Shown: positions 50,824 to 59,693 of the stretch, piece after piece
How positions within the stretch are numbered: position 1 is the stretch's first letter
How the letters are laid out: each line of letters begins with the position of its first letter
DNA from: Chitinophagales bacterium
GTDB taxonomy: Bacteria > Bacteroidota > Bacteroidia > Chitinophagales > UBA10324
DNA length: 64,000 nucleotides
Reading direction: 5' to 3'
Assembly (NCBI GenBank): GCA_044227805.1
Contig: JBGAWA010000002.1
Span: forward strand, 16,654 to 80,653
Position numbers and translations under genes: made by a program
Notes under the pieces: model-generated
Database searches by the model: none
What the model was told of the DNA's origin: nothing
Seen by the model: the letters and a program-made list of their open reading frames with translations, nothing else

Positions 50824-52770
50824 ATGAACTATCAATACACCATCCTGATCCCGCTGTTGCCGCTGGCAGGGTTTATTGTGCTTGGTTTATTTGGAAGAAA
50901 ATATACCGGTAAAGCTTCTGGTCTCATTGCCACTGTCTTACTCCTTCTTTCCACGGCGCTTGCGCTGCTGACTGCCTACGCTTATTTTTTTGTGAATGGA
51001 AAGTCAGATGGCATTTATCAGGCTATTGTTCCGGTGAATGTAACATGGCTGCGGTTCACGGATGCACTCAGCATCAATATGGGCATCACGCTCGATCCCA
51101 TCGCAGTGATGATGCTTGTTGTCGTCACCTTCATTTCGCTGATGGTGCACCTTTATTCGATTGGCTATATGAAAGGGGAAGAGCGATTCAGCACTTATTT
51201 TTCATTCCTGCAATTGTTTACTTTTTCCATGCTCGGGTTGGTGATGGCCAGTAATATATTCCAGATCTATGTTTTCTGGGAACTGGTAGGCGTTTCATCA
51301 TACCTGCTCATCGGTTTTTACTACGACAGGCCTTCCGCTGTTGCAGCTTCCAAGAAGGCATTCATCGTTACCCGCTTCGCCGACCTGGGTTTCCTGGTGG
51401 GCATACTGATTCTTGCCTTCTATTCCGAAACGCTGGACTTCGGCATACTCCTGCAGCGGCTCAGCACTCCAACGCCGCAACTGGCTTCCATCATTTCCGC
51501 CTCCTTCATGGGTATTTCCGCGCTGAGCTGGGGATTGGTGCTGGTATTCATTGGTGGAGCCGGCAAATCAGCCATGTTTCCTCTGCATATCTGGTTGCCT
51601 GATGCCATGGAAGGCCCGACGCCGGTTTCGGCTTTGATACACGCTGCCACTATGGTGGTGGCAGGTGTTTTCCTGGTGGCGAGATTGTTTCCTGTGTTCG
51701 CGATGTCGGATCCGGTTGCCTTAAACATCGTGGCGGATGTTGGTGTGTTTTCTGCTTTGCTCGCGGCGGTAATTGCCTGTACACAAACCGATATCAAAAG
51801 AGTGCTGGCCTATTCCACCATGTCGCAGATTGGGTTTATGATGTTTTCATTAGGTGTGGCCGGCTATGGAGGCGAACACGGACTGGGTTATATGGCTTCC
51901 ATGTTTCACCTGTTTACACATGCTTTCTTCAAGTCGTTGTTGTTTCTTGGCGCAGGTGCTGTTATTCACCTGGTGCACAGTAATGAAATGAAGGATATGG
52001 GCGGACTGAGAAAAAAAATGCCGCTTACACATATCACTTTTTTGATTGCCTGCCTGGCGATTTCAGGTGTTCCGCCATTTGCCGGATTCTTCAGCAAAGA
52101 AGAGATACTGCATGCCGCCCATCATTCCAACATGACGATTTATTGGATAGCACTGCTCACTTCAGGCATCACGGCTTTCTATATGTTCAGGTTGTACTTT
52201 TCTGTTTTCTGGAATAAGCCGGACACTGCCATAGCGGCGCATGATCCGGCGGCGGAAGAATCGTCGCATGGAGAAGGCACACTGACCATGAAGATTCCTT
52301 TGTTACTGCTGGCTGGTTGCACGCTCTTAGCTGGCTTCGTACCATTTTCTTCGTTGGTAACTTCCGATGGTGTTCCGTTTCTTACACACATCGACCTGCT
52401 TTTTTCCGTACTGCCGGTGCTCTTTGCCTTATCAGGAATTTTGATTGCCGTCTTGCTTTATCTCAAGCAAAACACACGGGCGGAAAGAATAGCCGACACC
52501 CTTGGCGGCTTCTACAGAGCGGCCTATCATAAATTTTATATTGATGAAATTTATCTGTTCATTACCAAAAAGATAGTCTTCAATTTGGCAGGGAGGCCGG
52601 CTGCCTGGTTCGACCGTCATATTGTAGATGGAACCATGAATGGCATGGCACGGGCTACCGGCTTTGTTGCTGCTTCCATCAAAGGATGGCAATCGGGCAA
52701 GGTGCAGGCCTATGCTATTTATTTCTTCGGCGGTGTGATGATGCTGATTTTGATTTTTGTTTATTGGTAG
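50824..52770 (+). CDS. nuoL: NADH-quinone oxidoreductase subunit L
   Basis: WELVGVSSYLLIGF, GKSAMFPLHIWLPDAMEGPTPVSALIHAATMV and HAFFKSLLFLGAG, plus a long C-terminal amphipathic/TM extension typical of NuoL. Confidence 0.95.
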   Translation: MNYQYTILIPLLPLAGFIVLGLFGRKYTGKASGLIATVLLLLSTALALLTAYAYFFVNGKSDGIYQAIVPVNVTWLRFTDALSINMGITLDPIAVMMLVVVTFISLMVHLYSIGYMKGEERFSTYFSFLQLFTFSMLGLVMASNIFQIYVFWELVGVSSYLLIGFYYDRPSAVAASKKAFIVTRFADLGFLVGILILAFYSETLDFGILLQRLSTPTPQLASIISASFMGISALSWGLVLVFIGGAGKSAMFPLHIWLPDAMEGPTPVSALIHAATMVVAGVFLVARLFPVFAMSDPVALNIVADVGVFSALLAAVIACTQTDIKRVLAYSTMSQIGFMMFSLGVAGYGGEHGLGYMASMFHLFTHAFFKSLLFLGAGAVIHLVHSNEMKDMGGLRKKMPLTHITFLIACLAISGVPPFAGFFSKEEILHAAHHSNMTIYWIALLTSGITAFYMFRLYFSVFWNKPDTAIAAHDPAAEESSHGEGTLTMKIPLLLLAGCTLLAGFVPFSSLVTSDGVPFLTHIDLLFSVLPVLFALSGILIAVLLYLKQNTRAERIADTLGGFYRAAYHKFYIDEIYLFITKKIVFNLAGRPAAWFDRHIVDGTMNGMARATGFVAASIKGWQSGKVQAYAIYFFGGVMMLILIFVYW

Positions 52771-52807
52771 AAATGAAATTGGCAGGACATTCATTATTTC
52801 TAAAAAA

Positions 52808-52839
52808 AGGGCGCAATGAAATAAGTTTCATTGCGCCCT
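52808..52839 (-). terminator. Rho-independent terminator (for the minus-strand BNR gene; may also stop nuoL transcripts)
   Basis: AGGGCGCAATGAAA-taag-TTTCATTGCGCCCT is a perfect 14-bp stem. The A7 run on the + strand at 52802-52808 gives a U-run on the minus-strand transcript. Confidence 0.85.
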
Positions 52840-52903
52840 GATAAGCTGAAAGAATAACCCGGCTAGTATTGAAAGCACGGTAATCCAAATTTAAAAGCTC
52901 AAA

Positions 52904-52947
52904 GTTGTAACGAAGCGGGATTTTTCAATGGAAAAATCCGGGTTAAA
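52904..52947 (-). repeat. Solo module A of the repeat, abutting a stop codon
   Basis: gttgtaacgaagcgggatttttcaatggaaaaatccgggttaaa ends 1 nt before the TAG (52948-52950) of the minus-strand gene. Confidence 0.85.
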
Positions 52948-54303
52948 CTATTGAACAATCAATTTCTGCATCGTTTCATAACCATTATTTTCCACCGTCA
53001 AAAAGTAAACACCATTGCTGAAACCACTCATGTCTATCGCTTTCAGCCAGAGTTGTGATTTGTCTTTGAAACTGGTCTTCATCACTAACTTTCCCATGGC
53101 ATCGGTGATCTGAATATTGACAGGCTGATTGTTTTCAGCGTCAAAAGAAAGATAGAACAAGCCGTTGGATGGATTGGGATAGAGATTCATTTTGTAGGCA
53201 GCTGCTGCAGGTGCGATGCCGGTGGCTACGAATCCTCCGTCGTATTTGAAAACGCCGCCTGTAGTGGCATCCAAATTAAATCCACCTGCCCAACCGGTAA
53301 TGTTATCGTAAAACTTTACGGTAGTATATTGAATGCCATCATCAATAGTCTCCCACGTATCACCACCGTCAAGGCTGTAAGAGGAGCCGATATCAGGCAG
53401 CGTATAATCTACGCCGGTAGAAACCAGTGTCATGTCCGTTTTGGGTACATAACAGAATGAACCTTTGTACATGGTTCCTGAAGGATTGACCTGTGTCCAG
53501 GTTGCGCCGCCATCAGTAGTACGCATAAAGGTGACATTAGAACTTGCATCAAGATATTTTGCCCATCCGAGGTTCTCATCTTTATAGTCAATTTGTATAA
53601 GGTCGGTCAGTCCGGTTACCTGCACGACAGTCCATGTAGCACCATGATCCGTTGTTTTGAAGATCCTGCCTTTATTGGTGCCGAACCAGAAAATGTCGCC
53701 TGACACGGCAAAAACACGGGTGTATCCATATTCACCTGCAATGGGATCAGGAATATTCGCGCCGCTAACGGCAGTCCATGTTGTACCACCATCTGCTGTG
53801 GTATAAATTTCAAATTCACCACTCACCGGATCACCAACGGCAAGGCCGGTATTTTCATCCCAGAAATGAAGCACATCGGGAAAGGAAGTGTTGGCCGTAG
53901 CGAAAATTACGCCTGCACCCTGTTGTGTCCAGGTGGCGCCTCCGTCTGTTGTTTTGAAAATGCCACCGGTAGCCGCAGCCGTATTTTTAAAGAACATGGC
54001 CCATGCTGTATTTTCATCAATGGCAGCCAGGCATGACCAGCTGTAGTTGGCGGGAGCAACGGTAATAGTTCCGGCAGTCCAGGTATTTCCACCATCTGTC
54101 GTCCTTGAAAAATCCCGGACATTAGCACTGCCGGTTCCGGAGCCGTTATAGGCTGTAACCCATGCATTGTCGTGGCTGGTAATCACAATCTGGTTAACGC
54201 CGCGGCTTGCCGTTGTGAAGCCGGTGGACTCTTCTATCCATTGTGCGAGCACCGGCGCGGTAAGCAAGGAAATAGAAAATAAAGTAAGTAAGGTTTTTTT
54301 CAT
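52948..54303 (-). CDS. BNR/Asp-box repeat (Ycf48/sortilin-like beta-propeller) protein with T9SS CTD
   Basis: Six Asp-boxes (TTDGGNTW, TTDGGATW, TADGGTTW, TTDHGATW, TTDGGATW, SLDGGDTW). C-terminal MNLYPNPSNGLFYLSF...GVYFLTV CTD. Confidence 0.85.
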   Translation of the reverse strand: MKKTLLTLFSISLLTAPVLAQWIEESTGFTTASRGVNQIVITSHDNAWVTAYNGSGTGSANVRDFSRTTDGGNTWTAGTITVAPANYSWSCLAAIDENTAWAMFFKNTAAATGGIFKTTDGGATWTQQGAGVIFATANTSFPDVLHFWDENTGLAVGDPVSGEFEIYTTADGGTTWTAVSGANIPDPIAGEYGYTRVFAVSGDIFWFGTNKGRIFKTTDHGATWTVVQVTGLTDLIQIDYKDENLGWAKYLDASSNVTFMRTTDGGATWTQVNPSGTMYKGSFCYVPKTDMTLVSTGVDYTLPDIGSSYSLDGGDTWETIDDGIQYTTVKFYDNITGWAGGFNLDATTGGVFKYDGGFVATGIAPAAAAYKMNLYPNPSNGLFYLSFDAENNQPVNIQITDAMGKLVMKTSFKDKSQLWLKAIDMSGFSNGVYFLTVENNGYETMQKLIVQ

Positions 54304-54430
54304 GGTTTTGGATTTAGTTTCTCAAATCTAAATTATATCTGTGAAATGAAGCAGGCATATAGAAAGATTATTGTTGAAGGGTCTCCAACGGTGGACGGGC
54401 ATTGGCGGAGAAGTTCTATTTTTGCCCACC

Positions 54431-55057
54431 ATGAATTTCCCGTCAAAGTTGATTGAGCAAGCGGTTACGGAGTTTGAAAAACTGCCGGGCATCGGTAAAA
54501 AAACAGCCCTGCGGCTGGTATTGCACCTGCTCAAACAGGATGTAGCCACGGTAGATCATTTCGGCGATGCGATCATACGCATGCGCAGGGAGATTCGTTT
54601 CTGTAAAAACTGTCATAACATTTCAGACCATGAGCTGTGCAGCATCTGTGAAAATCCTAAGCGCAACCACTCCTTGCTGTGTGTAGTGGAGAATATACGT
54701 GATGTGATTGCCATTGAATCAACCAATCAATACAATGGCTTGTATCATGTGCTGGGTGGAGTCATCAGTCCGCTGGAAGGCATCGGGCCGGAAGAATTAA
54801 ATATTGAATCGTTAGCTGAACGCTGCCGGCACGGTGAAATAAAAGAAGTGATTATGGCATTGAATCCAACGATTGAAGGTGACACCACTATTTTCTATCT
54901 GTCTAAGAAATTACAGTCACTTCCGGTGAAGATCACCAGCATTGCGCGTGGCATTTCTTTCGGCGGTGAACTGGAATATGTAGATGATATAACCCTCGCG
55001 AGGTCTATTGCAACACGAATGCCGTATGAGAATTACCTGGTGAACAGGAATGAGTAG
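54431..55057 (+). CDS. recR: Recombination protein RecR
   Basis: [12 protein letters not shown] HhH motif, C4 zinc finger ([16 protein letters not shown]) and Toprim ([10 protein letters not shown]). Start moved to the ATG at 54431. Confidence 0.95.
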   Translation: MNFPSKLIEQAVTEFEKLPGIGKKTALRLVLHLLKQDVATVDHFGDAIIRMRREIRFCKNCHNISDHELCSICENPKRNHSLLCVVENIRDVIAIESTNQYNGLYHVLGGVISPLEGIGPEELNIESLAERCRHGEIKEVIMALNPTIEGDTTIFYLSKKLQSLPVKITSIARGISFGGELEYVDDITLARSIATRMPYENYLVNRNE

Positions 55058-55115
55058 TGCAGGAAGCATCAAGGTTTACCTTCCGCAGCGTAACCGCTAT
55101 CCTGCCACTATCAAT

Positions 55116-55157
55116 CTTAGGGCAATGGCATTTTTCAATTGAAAAATTCGGGACTAA
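55116..55157 (-). repeat. Degenerate solo module A of the repeat
   Basis: cttagggcaatggcatttttcaattgaaaaattcgggactaa aligns with cttagcag...gcgggatttttccattgaaaaatccgggttaa. Confidence 0.55.
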
Positions 55158-55203
55158 CCACCATTCCATTGTGTATGGAAAAGTTTCCTGCTAACTTTCG
55201 CCG

Positions 55204-56232
55204 ATGCTTCAGCTTTCTGTAATCATTGTCAACTACAATGTGCGTTTCTTCCTGGAGCAGGCATTGCTGTCGGCCAGGAAAGCCATGCAGCAGTTATCCG
55301 CTGAAATAATTGTGGTGGATAATAATTCCGTTGACGGCACCAGCGAAATGATGCGCGAAAAGTTTCCGGAAGTAATTTACCTGTATAACAAAGAGAATGT
55401 GGGCTTCGCGAAAGCCAATAACCAGGGAATCGCCATAGCCAAAGGCAAGTATGTCTTATTGCTCAATCCGGATACAATAGTCGAAGAAGACACCTTTGAG
55501 AAGTGCCTTCGGTTTATGGAGACGCATGAGGATGCCGGGGCAGTTGGCGTGAAGATGCTGGATGGCAAAGGAAATTTTCTTCCCGAATCAAAACGTGGAT
55601 TTCCATCTCCCAGGGTAGCCTTCTACAAAGCATTCGGACTGGCACGGCTGTTTCCGACATCAAAAATTTTCGGCGGTTATCACCTCGGTTATCTTTCTGA
55701 AAATGAAACGCATGAAGTGGATGTGCTGGCAGGCGCTTTTATGTTTATCAGGAAAACGGCGCTGGACAAGGCAGGCTGGCTCGATGAGTCTTTCTTCATG
55801 TATGGCGAAGACATCGATCTTTCCTACCGTATCGTAAAAGCGGGATTTAAAAATTATTACTTCCCCGATACGCGCATCATTCACTATAAAGGAGAAAGCA
55901 GCAAGAAAGGCACGATGAATTATGTGCGCATGTTTTACCAGGCCATGATCATCTTTGCGCAAAAACATTTCAGCAGCAATGCCGGATTTTATATCCTGAT
56001 GCTGAAGGCGGCCATTTATCTGCGCGCGCTGTTATCTGTTGTCTATTCTTTCCTGCGGCGCTGGAGCTTGCCCATTGCAGATGCACTCACCCTGTACGGT
56101 GGTATGCTGCTGCTCAAGAATTACTGGCAGTACAATGTGAAGGTGGCTGAAGGACTGACATATCCCGAAGAATACATCTACTTCATTATTCCCTTCCATG
56201 ATTGGGATCCGGCTCCTGCTCCATTTTGTTAA
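55204..56232 (+). CDS. Glycosyltransferase family 2 protein (with C-terminal TM segments)
   Basis: LSVIIVNYNVRFFLEQAL, VVDNNSVDGT, LLNPDT and YGEDIDLSYR are GT2 (GT-A) signatures. Confidence 0.9.
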   Translation: MLQLSVIIVNYNVRFFLEQALLSARKAMQQLSAEIIVVDNNSVDGTSEMMREKFPEVIYLYNKENVGFAKANNQGIAIAKGKYVLLLNPDTIVEEDTFEKCLRFMETHEDAGAVGVKMLDGKGNFLPESKRGFPSPRVAFYKAFGLARLFPTSKIFGGYHLGYLSENETHEVDVLAGAFMFIRKTALDKAGWLDESFFMYGEDIDLSYRIVKAGFKNYYFPDTRIIHYKGESSKKGTMNYVRMFYQAMIIFAQKHFSSNAGFYILMLKAAIYLRALLSVVYSFLRRWSLPIADALTLYGGMLLLKNYWQYNVKVAEGLTYPEEYIYFIIPFHDWDPAPAPFC

Positions 56233-57016
56233 ATTCAAAAATTTGCGGCTCGGTGAAGCAAGGGAGAAGAAACTGGTTATCGTGGGAAACAGGGAAGAAT
56301 CCTCGCGCGTGGAAATGCTGCTCAACCAGGCTAAAGTAAAAAACGATTTTATCGGTTATGTATCCACGCAGGCGGAAACACAGCACAGCGCACATCATCT
56401 CGGCGAAGTGGAACAGCTTACTGAAATTGCCCGCATCTATAAAATTGATGAGGTGATCTTTTGCTCCAAAGACATTGCTTCGCAAAAAATTATTGAATGG
56501 ATGACCCAACTCGGGACAGACCTGGAGTACAAAATTGTTCCGGAAGATTCACTCAGCATCATTGGCAGCAATTCAAAAGATGCGCCCGGTGAATTATATA
56601 CCATTGAAATTAAACTGGCCATTGCAACACCGTTTAACAAGAGAAGCAAGCGCCTGTTTGACCTGGCGGCGGCATTTTTCCTGCTACTCACGTTGCCGTT
56701 GAATATTTTTATAATCAAAAGTCCGGCGGGATTGATAGCCAATATTTTCAAAGTATTTGCCGGAAGAAAAAGCTGGGTTGGCTATGCTGGTGGCATACAA
56801 CAGCAATATCAGCTTCCACCCTTGCGGGAAGGCGTGCTCACCCCTCTTGATGAACTGAAAAATATGCAACTGGATGATGCCGCCGTTTCCCGTATCAACC
56901 TGCTCTATGCAAAAGATTACACGGCATCGCATGACGCAGAATTGTGGTTGAAATGCTTCCGGCTGCTGGGATCGGTTTCTGTACCACCATCATCAGCTCC
57001 GCGTGCCACCGGTTAA
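56198..57016 (+). CDS. WbaP/sugar-transferase-like protein lacking an obvious catalytic core (possibly the 3' part of a fused or frameshifted gene)
   Basis: Rossmann-like KKLVIVGNREES segment, then KRLFDLAAAFFLLLTLPL (start of a bacterial sugar-transferase domain) and a ...SWVGY.../...LLYAKDYTASHDAELWLK tail. The central catalytic stretch seems absent. Overlaps the GT2 ORF by 35 nt in another frame. Confidence 0.6.
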   Translation: MIGIRLLLHFVKFKNLRLGEAREKKLVIVGNREESSRVEMLLNQAKVKNDFIGYVSTQAETQHSAHHLGEVEQLTEIARIYKIDEVIFCSKDIASQKIIEWMTQLGTDLEYKIVPEDSLSIIGSNSKDAPGELYTIEIKLAIATPFNKRSKRLFDLAAAFFLLLTLPLNIFIIKSPAGLIANIFKVFAGRKSWVGYAGGIQQQYQLPPLREGVLTPLDELKNMQLDDAAVSRINLLYAKDYTASHDAELWLKCFRLLGSVSVPPSSAPRATG

Positions 57017-57052
57017 CCCTTGTTTACCATTGGTTGCAGCCCACCGGGCTTT

Positions 57053-57172
57053 GACATAGAACCTATGTAGGGTTGTTCATTTTTTTCATCACGAAAATGT
57101 TACACAAGCCCTAAGCAGCTTAAGCCAGTGGTATGCCCGTTGCTGTTATGAACCACAAAATGCGGGTTTATG
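57053..57172 (+). repeat. Diverged copy of the repeat lacking module A (long stem plus tail), 30 nt upstream of the decarboxylase ATG
   Basis: gacatagaacctatgtagggttgttcatttttttcatcacgaaaatgttacacaagccctaagcagcttaagccagtggtatgcccgttgctgttatgaaccacaaaatgcgggtttatgaa is collinear with 62653-62778. Confidence 0.75.
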
Positions 57173-57201
57173 AATATTTTTATGAGCACAATTTTTTAAT
57201 C

Positions 57202-58698
57202 ATGCAACAGGATAAGCGTATAGAGACAGAAGAAACACTTGATCCGGTTGACTGGGAGGCCAGTCTGCAGTTGGGCGCTGAGATGGTATCCGACATGATG
57301 CGGTTTCTGCAAACGGTCCGTCTCCGTGCTGCCTGGCAACCGCCGTCACCGCAGGCTAAGGCCCATTTCAACGCCGCTGTTCCCCTGGAGGGAATTGCAC
57401 TTGAAAAAGTGTACGACGAATTCAAACAACATATACTGCCTTATCCAACCGGCAATATTCACCCGCGTTTCTGGGGCTGGGTGATGGGCAATGGATCTTC
57501 TTCCGCTATGCTGGCAGACATGCTGGCAGCGGGCATTAACCTGAACCAGGGTGGTGGTAATCAGATTGGCGGCTGGGTGGAGACACAGGTGATTAACTGG
57601 TTCAAGCAGCTTTTCGGATTTCCGGATGAAGCCAGTGGGCTTGTTGTCAGCGGAGGATCCATGGCTAACCTGATCGGCCTTACGGTGGCACGGTATGCCA
57701 AAGCAGATTTTGATATAAGAAAGGAAGGCCTTTATGGCGCCCAGAAAAGAATGATGGTGTATGCCTCCTCGGAAGTGCATAACTGTTCGAACAAAGCGGT
57801 GGAACTGTTGGGCCTGGGCAGCGATTCACTGCGGCTGATTCCGGTGAATGATCGATATGAAATGGACTTGTCCGCCCTTTCACTTCAAATAAAAATAGAC
57901 CGCGAAGCAGGCAGGCAACCGTTCTGCATTATTGGCAATGCCGTAACCGTCAATACCGGTGCAGTGGATGACCTGCAGGCACTGGCGGATCTGTGCGAAA
58001 AGGAAAATCTATGGTTTCATGTGGATGGCGCTATTGGCGCGATGCTGGCCTTATCAGGAAAATACAGTCATTTAATCAAGGGAATGGAACGCGCTGATTC
58101 CATTGCGTTTGATCTGCACAAATGGATGTACATTCCGTATGAGGCAGGATGCACGCTGGTGAGAAAAGGAATGCAACACTACAAAGCCTTTTCTATGCAT
58201 GCCGATTATCTTGCCCATGAAGAAAGAGGGGTTGCTGCTGGCGATATCTGGTTCAGCGACTATGGAGTGGAGCTGTCCCGCGGATTCAAAGCCCTGAAGA
58301 TATGGATGAGCATGAAGGAGCATGGAGTGCGTAAATTAGGTAGGCTGGTAACACAAAATGTTGAACAGGTACAATACCTCCGGTCACTGGTTGAATCGAA
58401 CGGTAAACTGGAACTGCTTGCCCCTGCGCCCGTTAATATTCTTTGCTTCCGATACATTGTTCCTTCACTTGACGATGAGTCGCTGAATAAGCTTAACAAG
58501 GAGTTGTTGCTGCGGTTGCATGAAAGTGGCGTGGCAGTGCCGTCTTACACTGTTTTACAGGGAAGATATGCATTGCGTGTTGCCAATACTAATCACCGGA
58601 CCAAGAAGGAAGATTTTGATTTGCTCATCAGCAAAGTGATTGAATTGGGCGATGCCCTGACAAGAGAATTTCTCAACGAAAAGAAGGAAACAGCATAA
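57202..58698 (+). CDS. Group II PLP-dependent amino-acid decarboxylase (aromatic-L-amino-acid/glutamate decarboxylase family)
   Basis: SGGSMANL, HVDGAIGA and the DLHKWMYIPYEAGC PLP-lysine motif. Start moved to the ATG at 57202 because the upstream part of the track ORF lies in the repeat. Confidence 0.85.
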   Translation: MQQDKRIETEETLDPVDWEASLQLGAEMVSDMMRFLQTVRLRAAWQPPSPQAKAHFNAAVPLEGIALEKVYDEFKQHILPYPTGNIHPRFWGWVMGNGSSSAMLADMLAAGINLNQGGGNQIGGWVETQVINWFKQLFGFPDEASGLVVSGGSMANLIGLTVARYAKADFDIRKEGLYGAQKRMMVYASSEVHNCSNKAVELLGLGSDSLRLIPVNDRYEMDLSALSLQIKIDREAGRQPFCIIGNAVTVNTGAVDDLQALADLCEKENLWFHVDGAIGAMLALSGKYSHLIKGMERADSIAFDLHKWMYIPYEAGCTLVRKGMQHYKAFSMHADYLAHEERGVAAGDIWFSDYGVELSRGFKALKIWMSMKEHGVRKLGRLVTQNVEQVQYLRSLVESNGKLELLAPAPVNILCFRYIVPSLDDESLNKLNKELLLRLHESGVAVPSYTVLQGRYALRVANTNHRTKKEDFDLLISKVIELGDALTREFLNEKKETA

Positions 58699-58736
58699 CG
58701 GCAGATCCAACAACTGGCGATACGTTTACTAACAAC

Positions 58737-59684
58737 ATGAAAAAAAACATCACCATCGCGGGTTGCGGCGTTATCGGGCTCACCACCGGTTTGCGGTTGC
58801 TCGAAGAGGGATATGCGGTCACGATCGTGACGCGTGACTTTCCGCAACAAACAACATCCAACAAAGCGGCCGCTTTCTGGTTTCCCTACCATGTGCGCGA
58901 TAGTGCGAAAATTCTTGACTGGAGCATGTTATCGTATCAGAAGTTTGAATCGCTGTCGAGCGTCCCCAACAGTGGTGTTCATATGATTCCCGCTATCAAA
59001 CTGGGCAATGAGGTAAATGAAATTGAACATCGCATCCGCGCCACGCTGCGTGCCGGGCGGTTTCGCCCATTACGGAAAGAAGAATTAACCGCTGGCTTCG
59101 ATGGCGGATGGTGCGTGCAGGTTCCGCTGATTGAGACACCGGTGTATCTGCCGTATTTATTGGATGAATTTATTTCCGCGGGAGGAATGATTGTTCAACG
59201 CACCATACAATCACTCGACGAGTTGATGACGGATACAACACTGCTGATCAACTGCACCGGTCTTGCTTCGCGCGAGTTGGCGAATGATCAGGAAGTGATT
59301 CCTGTACGCGGACAAATTGTTTTGCTGAAGGCAGCAAACAAACACCGTATTGTGCTGGAAGACCTTGCTCCCACCTATATCGTTTACCGCACTGATGGTT
59401 GCATTTGCGGCGGCACCTATGAAATAAACTGCGATGAATCCGTGACTGAACCCGAAACGCTGCGAAATATTATCGACAGGTGTATTGCACTGGATCCTAC
59501 GTTAAAGGAGGCACCTGTTATGGATAGCTGGGCCGGGTTGCGGCCATTCAGGGCAGATATGCGGGTGGAAATGGAAGCCGGAAAGGCACTCATTCACAAC
59601 TACGGGCATGGCGGTTCAGGTTTTACCGTTTCTTGGGGATGTGCTGAAGAGGTGTTGAAGCTGGTAAGCAGCCGGCAGCCATGA
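58737..59684 (+). CDS. FAD-dependent D-amino-acid oxidase (DAAO)-like oxidoreductase
   Basis: N-terminal ITIAGCGVIGLTTGLRLLEEGYAVTIV dinucleotide fold. C-terminal HNYGHGGSGFTVSWGCAEEV closely resembles the DAAO signature (HNYGHGGYG...WGCA). Confidence 0.8.
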   Translation: MKKNITIAGCGVIGLTTGLRLLEEGYAVTIVTRDFPQQTTSNKAAAFWFPYHVRDSAKILDWSMLSYQKFESLSSVPNSGVHMIPAIKLGNEVNEIEHRIRATLRAGRFRPLRKEELTAGFDGGWCVQVPLIETPVYLPYLLDEFISAGGMIVQRTIQSLDELMTDTTLLINCTGLASRELANDQEVIPVRGQIVLLKAANKHRIVLEDLAPTYIVYRTDGCICGGTYEINCDESVTEPETLRNIIDRCIALDPTLKEAPVMDSWAGLRPFRADMRVEMEAGKALIHNYGHGGSGFTVSWGCAEEVLKLVSSRQP

Positions 59685-59693
59685 ATGCAATGA

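Noticed and set aside
59685-59693. sucA not followed by sucB (the convergent DAAO gene ends 9 nt from the sucA stop)
   Set aside because: This is worth noting for synteny, but E2 genes are often encoded elsewhere and nothing in the sequence indicates a disruption. It is not reported as a finding.
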